DNA of 56,282 bases, counting the filler, from Asterionella formosa (taxonomy: Eukaryota): NCBI GenBank assembly GCA_002256025.1. It is 5 parts of 5 records of this genome, joined end to end, with 100 filler letters (N's around TTAATTAATTAA, not from the genome) between each part and the next. Parts side by side here need not be neighbours in the genome. Positions count along the whole stretch, not along the records: positions 45,114 to 56,282 come from NKIB01008775.1; 4 more parts are not named here. One strand, given 5' to 3'. Each line of letters begins with the position of its first letter. Position 1 is the first letter of the stretch. Positions 47,761 through 56,282 of this stretch are shown here, in pieces. Both the position numbers and the translations under genes were made by a program. The notes under the pieces were generated by a model. It ran no database searches, was not told the DNA's origin, and was given only the letters and a program-made list of their open reading frames with translations.

Positions 47761-48030
47761 ACAGAGTGGAGTGGACATGGAAGCTGGCTTGATGACTCAG
47801 TGGCAACAACCCATGTGTCCATCAACACTGTTAAAATGAGTAATTTGTAAACTGCAACCGAAGGTGAGCATGTCAGGGTTGGAAACAATGAAACCCTTAA
47901 GGCAACAGCTATTGATGATTTTAATCTGGAGGAGAAGGAATCAAAGAGAACACTGAAATTAAAAGAAGTTATGACTGTTCCTGGTTTTGCTCGGAATTCG
48001 ATAAGTGTTGGCAGGTTGACAGAGAAAAGA
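47761..48030 (+). mobile_element. Ty1/Copia pol remnant (aspartic protease and adjacent beta-barrel region)
   Basis: Translates as SWLDDSVATTHVS...L*...VRVGNNETLKATAI...TLKLKEVMTVPGFARNSISVGRL. This matches the Copia pattern W-x-x-DSGA-T-x-H...V-x-VG...L-x-x-V-x-x-VP...N-x-ISV. One stop codon. Confidence 0.8.
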
Positions 48031-48125
48031 AAACGAGTTTGTGGCTGGAAAAGAAGGATCCAAGATATACAATGAGTCTGGTGGTATAATGATTTTTGAG
48101 ACAGGAGGTCATTACATGTCATGAT

Positions 48126-48306
48126 GCGTTGTGTTGGTCGAAAAAGCAAAAATATTTTAGCCACCACATCGACCAAGACCAAATATGCTTTGGTCTTGGT
48201 CGAGGATGACCCCCTTGTCGACCAAATATAAGGTATTTGGTCGATTAGACTCCGATTGTTGCCAAATAAAAGGAGCATTTCTATTGGTTTAGATTTTGGC
48301 TTGTGC
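48126..48306 (-). repeat. Dispersed hairpin-rich repeat family A, copy 2
   Basis: Inverted copy of 1091-1270. Contains perfect stems TCGACCAAGACCAAA/TTTGGTCTTGGTCGA (48169-48203) and TCGACCAAATA/TATTTGGTCGA (48218-48244). Confidence 0.8.
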
Positions 48307-50306
48307 ATACATAATTTCAATACATATACCGTACTCCTCGCTCAGCATTAGTCTAATGTAGACAAACAATAAACTAACTTTGAATGATGCCGGCAGATTT
48401 ATAATATACAATCATCACATCAAATAAGTTTTCTTTCCTAATCCATGTGTGTGTAGCGCAGTCCTTCAGGTCCCTGACGGCTGACCTTCTCTTGACAGAA
48501 ATGGTCGCAAGGTGGCTTCTTGGTGGCTAAGAAGTCGTGCAAGCAAGGATTGCGACAAGGATAAGACTTCTTTGCCAACTGTCATTCCCAAGTTCTCACA
48601 CTGTGTCCCCAAGGACTAGAATATTTTGGGCGTTAGCGAACATAGTTACATCTTGACTGCAGCTCATGATTGTCATGATACTTGTTTTATCCGAGTCGAC
48701 AAAGAAGTCAAGTCGGCACCATGTGACAGTAATGGAAATTCAGTTTGCATCGGTTTGCGATATTACTGCCATGTCGTCGTCGTCGTCGTCAGCTGCTAGA
48801 TTCATTGGAACTGCAAGTGACGGAGGCAAGAGAGCGATTCAAGCTCTTCTCAAAGAAATAGCTAGATGTCATTATTATAGACTGGGACGAACTGAATGCC
48901 TTCGCTCCATCTGCTGCTTCTTCCGGATTCTTCGAAATTGTCAAGCTTTCTTTGCAAAAGTAGAGGGCGAAGCCAGTTCAAGAACACAGCTGACAAGGAT
49001 GTTAGAACTGCATTGATGAAAGCTGGCATCATGGGACTTACAAAAGTTGCAGCAGGAAGCCAAACTGTTCAAATAAAAGAAGCAACGCATGAATAAGTAC
49101 TACGCCAATACATTCTCCAAGACCGGCTTCAATGCGTAGATTAATGCTGCTGCCGCTTATGGACATAAATGCCATAGTGGAGTACTCGATTGATGGAGGA
49201 CCTGTCATCCACAAGCACTGATCATTTTGATGCAGCTAGTTTATGATTCTGAAAAGCAGGCAAATAATGAAGTTAACATGTCAATGCTATTATGAGCAAT
49301 TATTATGCTATCCCCCTAGCTTAAACCAAATTAGGAAAACAGAAGGCAGGCAGAGCTTATCCAATTCTAGAATACTATTATACAAATGCATAGTCATAGT
49401 AGTTTTTGATGGGTAGCTAGCACTAGATATGCGTAGTACTAGCTGCGTAAGAATAAGGAATTTACAGAAAGCAAAGGCGATGCTAATATTTTAAAAACTA
49501 CATTAGCCAACTTTCCCACCTTTGATGCTCCTCCCCTTTGTCTCAACTGCTTTGCCTTCTTGTTCTTTTCTTGCCGCATTTTACCAAAGTGGTAGAAGCG
49601 GTTGTTATTCAATGGCTTGCTATTGCTGCCCTTTCCTTCATCATCATGTGAAATGTGAAGTATACCCAACATATCAATTATAGCGGTAAGATATCATTTT
49701 AGGATACAGATGTAACTACACTATCGGTACTGGTCGTGCTATTCCTATTTGCTAAAAATTTGGGCGCGAGATTTGACTATTTAAGGATTTGGTAGATGCG
49801 GTGGGAAAAATATGAGTAATTCGACTCTTTTGATAAAAAATGCTCGACCAACTGTGACGTGTTTTGATACTTTCAACTGCAAATTGGCTTTGGTATTTGG
49901 TCGATTCGGTGGCGAAGCTCTAAGGTATTTCTGATTGAATTCCTGTGTCTGCCCTTGCTGGTGGTACCTGGTACCTGGTACCCTGGTACTCGGAGCAACT
50001 GGTAACCATGGATTCTTCTAGAGGGGGAGAACTCGCTCGTCGTCGTGTCATCTGTTCAAGGTGGCTCATTACTATACCTGTACCTGGTACCACCACCAGG
50101 TACTAAGAAGGACGACAAGTTAGGTAACTGGTAGAACTGTGGTATACCTAGCACCAGGTACCAACATGTACAAGGTACCAGGTACCAGGGTACCACATTG
50201 TACAGGAGCTGCCTGGCATGTAGTCCCTTCTACATAGCTATTTCCTATGTAGTCCGTTGTTACGACAAGCAATCACCATTTACCCAACAACTTTCCAAAC
50301 AAGCAA

Positions 50307-51901
50307 ATGAACATGAGTGAACGAGACCGTTCCCGCTCCCGCTCTCCCGAGCCTTCTTCGAATCAGCCTCACGGCGAAGACCGTATCTCCGGCGATGACC
50401 ATGGCGCTCCTTCTTCTGACGGCGCCAACGGAGGTGGACACGGAGGTGCTGATTCCGGAAATGGCGAGGAAGTGAAGCTTTACATTGGAAACTTGGATTA
50501 CCGTAAGTCTCGTCTCGCCCGTGCTTGTTCGGAGATGTTCCTGCCGTTACTCACGTTCGACCTTCTCTACGCACTCACAGAAACCGACGAAACCAAACTT
50601 CGCGAGGAGTTCGGCCAATTCGGACCTGTCACTGACGTCTTTTTGCCCATGGAGCGTGGCACTCAACGCCCTCGCGGCTTCGGATTCGTTACCCTGGCCT
50701 CACGCGAGGCTGCGGAAAAGGCCATCAGCAAGATGGACCAGGCCCAGCTGGACGGACGCACTATTCGTGTCAACGAGTCTCGCCCCAAGGGAGAACGTTC
50801 TAGCACACCGTCGGGCGGAGGAGGCAGAAACGGCTTCAATGCGGCTGGAGCTGCGGAGGTCAAGCTATACGTCGGGAATGTGGCCTTTGACACGGACGAA
50901 GAGACCATCCGCAAGCTCTTTGAGCAGTATGGAAAGGTTTCCGACTGCTTCATGCCCACCGATCGGGATTCTGGCAAGGTCCGCGGCTTCGCATTTGTCA
51001 CCATGCCCAGCAAGGATGCCGAAGAGGCTTGCAACAAGTTGAACGGATATGAAGTTGATGGGCGTGCCATGCGTGTCAACGAGGCCCAACCCAAGGGCGG
51101 AGACAGCGGCGGTGGAGGTGGCCGTGGCGGCGGAGGAGGAGGTCGTGGAGGATATGATGGTGGCGGAGGTGGCTACAGTGGTGGTGGTAAGTGTACACCT
51201 CAGGTCCAGGCATGTTCTCTGGTTCCTTTGTTATCTAATGGTTCCGTTTCGTGTACAGGTGGTGGATACAGCGGCGGTGGAGGCTACGGCGGTGGTGGAG
51301 GTACGTTTCTTAGAAACTTTGTTCCTTTTTGTGTCGCCGAATGGAATGGACGGATAGCTGACGGTTGTGGCTTGCTCGTACTTCGAAACAGGATACGATG
51401 ATAGAGGCGGCGGAGGTTATGGGGGCAGCGGGGGCTACGGAGGCCGAGGTGGTGAGTGTTCGATTCTAATTTACTCGGTTTCGATCATGGAACTGTCGTT
51501 ACTAGATGTTGTTTACTTCATTTTGAGTTCTGGTGGACTGTTTTCTGACGGTGGATCGTTCGCTTTTCTCTAACACAGGTTATGACGACCATCGTGGTGG
51601 ATACGGAGGTAGGAGGACACTGGGGTAGTTTTTCCGCTACTCCTTTGTGACTCTGTATCGTTTTCTCGTTTTCTCACATCACAAACCTGGTTGTTTCTTA
51701 ATTCTTTCAGGTGGTGGCGGTGGCTACGGAGGCAGCAGAGGGGGAGGGGGTGGGTATGATGACCGCGGAAGTTCCGGTGGATACGGTGGCGGTGGTGGTG
51801 GAGGCTACAGTGGTGGCGGTGGAAGATCTTCATACGACGACCGCGGCGGTGGCGGCGGTTACAGTGGTGGCGGCGGAGGATACGATCGTGGAGGATATTA
51901 A
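50307..51901 (+). CDS. Glycine-rich RNA-binding protein with two RRMs and an RGG/YGG tail; exons 50307-50502, 50581-51186, 51259-51300, 51392-51451, 51579-51608, 51711-51901
   Basis: RNP2 KLYIGNL and KLYVGNV; RNP1 RGFGFVTL and RGFAFVTM. Five GT-AG introns keep the frame through to TAA at 51899-51901. Confidence 0.9.
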
Positions 51902-54229
51902 TGCACGAAAGGAGCGCTGGCACATTCTCAAGACTATGTCTGGAAGTGTCTCTTCTCAATAATTCTGTGGTTTGTCCACATGATACTTTCGTCCAGCACA
52001 ATGTTCTCATGCTTCCTTCGACTATTATCACCTGCTTGGTTTCATTCGGGATTAGATTTATAACCTTTGGGGTCCCCTCGAGTGGATAGCTTTCTTACTA
52101 TTGGGTTTCTTGCCTTTCATTTTGGGTTTCAGTCTCAGTTTGAGTTGAGAGTACCGTTTTAGCAGCGTTCGGCGTACCGTTCGTGATCCCACAAAGATAG
52201 GAGAGGCCAGGATCGGTGGAGAGTTCCCAGCCTCAGGTATCATGCACGTCCGATGCTCAGTAGAGGACGATCGTTTTGTATTACTTGAATTCAGACTTGG
52301 GCTCTCGCCTTCAAATCTTTGCGACAACGGTTAGAAAGAGTCAATTCCCGGTTCATGGCCCCATTGGAATGTCGCTCATATCAGTCTCGTTTTCTAGTGT
52401 TCGGGGGCGCATTTTGATGAGCCTGGTCGGAGTGGCGAGGCAAAATCTTTGTTTTAGTTCTGGTTTGCAGTTCAATCACTGTTCGGAAGTTATCATTTCT
52501 ATCCCCATGTCGTTGGCGCTGATTCAGACGCCTCTTAGAATCTTGACCAATTTTTAATTGATTCACTGCTCAGTCTTCGCCGGACGAACAGCCCCTTCAA
52601 TTCCTCCCGCCAATTCAATGACGACAGAATTGTATTTACCATTTTACTGCCAGGTGTAAGAATGTTGACGAACTAGAGGTTCCCCCATCACTTGCTCAAT
52701 AGTACTCTTCGTGCTCTGGAACACCAACTATCATGCACACATTATATGGTATCATTACCTGACTGGAATGCTAACAAGGCAGCTGCTGTTGATGCCATCA
52801 TACCTGGCCTTTTTTCTCACTGGTATTAAAGAAGAATTCGGAGGATATCAGATGAGCCAATGATGTGGGTCGACAGTTCCATTACCGTACCAAGCTCGCC
52901 AATCTTTATGCAGGATGTAGATCCTTCGTGGTGCTTGCATGTCTTTCATGCCAGTCAATCCTTGGGGCTTAATTGATATCCAACAACCAACCTTTTGGGA
53001 ATTCTATTTCAGTTGTCCACCTTTGATGCTAATTTCAACCACTGCAAACATTGCTCAAAGTGTAGACCATGATGGCAGCAATTGAACCAGGGAGTCATGC
53101 CCTTGCACCTTCCATCTGGTCCTCAGTGGTTCTGCTATTTGGCTGGGTTAGGGAGTTTCGCATGCACCACAGGAAATGGTTCTCTATTTCTCGTTTTTCT
53201 TCCCCATCTACTACATGATCTCCCTTTTGTGGCACGGTTATGTACTTCAAGTAAGGTCATAGGGACTAGATTGGTGAATGTGGATAGTTATGAATATATT
53301 GCACAGACTCAGGGAATGGTTTATTGGTTAGCACACCTCCTGAGGTGGGTCCTGGGTGGTGAAGCAGACAAGAAGAAGGTCTTCCTTGGTAGCATCTGAA
53401 GATAAGGGTTAGGGGGACAAAATATCTTTTCCTTTTATATCACACACAGCTAACTCTATCTATAGTTTTGTTAAAATTGTTGTAATATACTAGCTAGTAC
53501 ATAGTAGGCCTGCCTAATAGGTAGGAGTACCTTTTACTTAGTAGCACTACCGTAGTAGTCTACTTGTCACACCCATATATTTAAAAATATTATGGCATAT
53601 CATGTGTATAATAACATGATTTGTATTGACAAATTCTTTTACAGCCCATTAGTTAGAACAGATTTATATATAAAATATGTCAATTCATGAATGACTACAT
53701 ATAATTTCCCGGAAAATTTCAAGAGTTGCTTGCTTGTACCTGAAATGGCTTTCACTAGAAACGGTATACATACAAATCCATACGCACATCAATCACCCTG
53801 ATTCATGATCACGGTATCAGGTGAAACCTCCAAGATGCGGTAACTTTAGCTAAATAGACATTTCACCTCTGGATGAAGATGGTTAAACATTTTGCTCCAG
53901 TAAAATGACCGCAACTTACACAACTAGTGGTCATTTTGCTGAAATTGTTAGGTGTCGCGGGATAAGCATGCGAATTCCAATTCCAATGATGAATTTGATT
54001 CGAAACTGAAATATTTAACCATTCCGCATCGGCCGAATTATTTTCATTAATAAATATATATATTAATTATTTTTAGTTTTTTCTCTGTAAAACCAGTTTC
54101 AGGCAGACAAGTTGCAGTCGTCATTTTGCTGAAACTTATACAACTGTATTAGTTTTTGGCACATCATCCCGAGCTAAAATTTTCTAATGTATATAAAATT
54201 GAAACTCACTTATAACGCGCTTTTTAAGA

Positions 54230-54565
54230 CCATGGAGTTACACATGGAATTTCAAAGCACAGCCTGCCAACCAGCAGTCCGTGTGCTTCCATAGTTTTGT
54301 TAGCATAGGTGAGTCCCCAACCATCTTTCGCGAAAGGTGATTGTCTTAGCCGCAGTGTTAGGGAAAACTCCGACCGCCTAGGAAGGCGGCACACTGCTTG
54401 TAGGGGGGCAACCGACTTTCCTTGCACACCAGGCAAGACCGCGCGGGACAGTGAGGTGTGTGGGAGTCGAACCCAACAATTGCTTCTCAAAAACATTGCG
54501 GGAATCGAACCACACAACTTCAAATCAAAGGCAACGTGCCCAACCAGCCAACTGAGCCATTCCCC
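54230..54565 (-). repeat. tRNA-headed, GC-rich structured element (SINE-like or Pol III ncRNA)
   Basis: Minus strand starts GGGGAATGGCTCAGTTGG (A box)...GGTTCGATTCC (B box). A second B-box-like GGGTTCGACTCCC follows, then several hairpins. Confidence 0.55.
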
Positions 54566-54634
54566 TATTCATATATGCATATATGTACTTTAATTTCTGT
54601 CGCTCATATATGCTGTCGCTCATATATGTAACAG

Positions 54635-54842
54635 ACAAGAGGTCATCACCGAGCACCAAGGGCATCTTAAAAATCGGAATCTCATTTACGACAAAATTGT
54701 CGTAATTAAACTTTGTCGTAAATGAAGTTTATTAACGACAAATTCTCAGACATGGAAGATGCCATTGGAATAAAGCTATTGTTTTTGACATTTTCAGAAA
54801 ATGGCACATTAGTACAGCAACCAACGGTCATATCACTGGAGC
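54635..54842 (+). repeat. Repeat family D, copy 1
   Basis: Runs from ACAAGAGGTCA to GGTCATATCAC.GGAGC with internal CATTTACGACA/TGTCGTAAATG palindromes. Diverged copy at 55068-55283. Confidence 0.75.
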
Positions 54843-55067
54843 CCCCTTTTTAGTTGCCTTCAGCAAATAGCAAACTCTTCTGGATTAGGCTGGGACAACT
54901 CTTGCTTGCTTACATTGACCGAACGGTGCGTCATTGCAGTGGTTCGACTGCTAATATTCGTCTGAACAGGGTATAGTGTGTGTTATCTAGAGCCAGCTAT
55001 AGTACCATACTAGCTACTACTATGCATATATTGGTAATCATACTCCGAGTACATACCGGTATATGAT

Positions 55068-55283
55068 ACAAGAGGTCACCGAAGAAATCTGAGGGAATCA
55101 GATTCTCATTTACGACACATTTGTTGTAAATGACTTATGTTCTAAGTTGAGATGTCATAAATGCAGTTCATTTACAACAAAGTTTCCAATGAAGAAGGTA
55201 CAATTGGTATCAAGCCAATATTTTTGACAGTTTCAGCAAGAACATGACCACAATGTATGTATTTCTGGTCATATCACCGGAGC
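55068..55283 (+). repeat. Repeat family D, copy 2
   Basis: Same termini and internal palindromes as 54635-54842. Confidence 0.75.
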
Positions 55284-56088
55284 TACTGATTTATCTATCT
55301 TCATCCTAATCTAAAATGTTTTTTTAAGTAGAATTACCTCAAACTTGTTTGTATGTATGAGTTTCAGGACTTTGAGTTTCCCCTGAAATATTTCCAGCCA
55401 AATCGGGTTCCAGCGACAACATTTCTTAAGGTCATGCCACAAATGGAAGATAACGGTTAAATGAGTACAACAACCAGTGATGGTGAATATCTTACTAATA
55501 TATGTCCAAATCGTCATGTCATCATATTTACCGCAACTTTTGCTCTATGCAACAGTAATTTTGCCTGTGTAAACATTACAATATGCATGGGATAATGACA
55601 GCTAAATCTTTTGCTTGAGTACAATTACCATCTGCACATAGAGAACATCTTATTTGTGTGATGCATCTTATGATGCTGACTATCATATCATATCAGAGTA
55701 TATTGAGTGTGCGGAATGTTTGAAACCATTCTGTGAAGAGTCCTTCAAAAATTCACCTGACAATGATGGTTCACTCTCCTTTTGGTCATGTTAACCATCA
55801 TTCCCCTCATCCCTAATCCATTCAGGAACATTTCATTTCTCCTTCACAACCTACCCATTCTCCTACTGGTCATGTTGCTGCATTTGCTGGATATCATAAT
55901 TCTTCATGCCTCAATCACCAATTAACCATTCTTGCAATTCCATTGCTCTTTCTAACGTTGTGCTTCTCCCCAGCAACCAATCTCAGTTGTGCACAATAAT
56001 GTTACTACTGATGAAGATGCCATGATTGCTCCTCTTTGCTGTTGAATTTTTTTGGAAGCAACCACATGACAACAGATTCATCTAAGAC

Positions 56089-56282
56089 GCGAAATACGCC
56101 ACTTTTCGAAATTTCGTCTACGTATGAGTGTTAATTATGTGGTACTTCACATGCATTAATGCCACTCTTCACGTAAAAAAGATTACTTTTAACGGTTTCA
56201 TGTGAAGTTTTAACTGTTTCATGTGAAGTTTTCACAATGAATTTTGAACGCGAGACTGAATTAGTTGATGTTTCAAATAATT
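56089..56282 (+). repeat. Dispersed AT-rich repeat family B, copy 2 (runs to the window end)
   Basis: Matches 19511-19712. Confidence 0.8.

Noticed and set aside
47736..48320. 194-aa minus-strand ORF
   Set aside because: Antisense shadow of the Copia remnant plus repeat A.
48666..49096. Two overlapping short ORFs, possibly a frameshifted gene
   Set aside because: No recognisable domain or splice model; insufficient support.

Overview
Eukaryotic nuclear DNA, most likely a diatom or related photosynthetic stramenopile. Evidence: short GT-AG introns, bipartite ASAF-type plastid-targeting presequences, and a secreted Pro/Thr/Ser protein with RxL motifs. The window is not one locus. It is five unlinked ~11.2-kb contigs (11185, 11185, 11172, 11171, 11169 bp, i.e. 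sorted by length) joined by artificial 100-nt N/TTAATTAATTAA linkers. Genes: two tandem ShKT-prolyl 4-hydroxylases, RPL24, plastid ClpP, an RxL/PTS secreted protein, class II CPD photolyase, a METTL24/FkbM-like methyltransferase, a DUF1647-like glycosyltransferase, an Asp/Asn beta-hydroxylase, a truncated channel-like membrane protein, V-ATPase subunit H, a SET-domain protein, a bacterial-type uncharacterised protein, REX4, NUF2, an NB-ARC/TPR (NLR-like) protein and a 2xRRM glycine-rich protein. Intergenic DNA carries decayed LINE and Copia fragments, tRNA-derived elements and several hairpin-rich dispersed repeats. The most striking unexplained signal is a ~185-nt rod-like hairpin at 21641-21824 in which ten CGAG motifs face each other as five registered tandem G·A internal loops. 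A heavily base-paired RPL24 intron and a set of symmetric micro-exons building an RGG tail come next.
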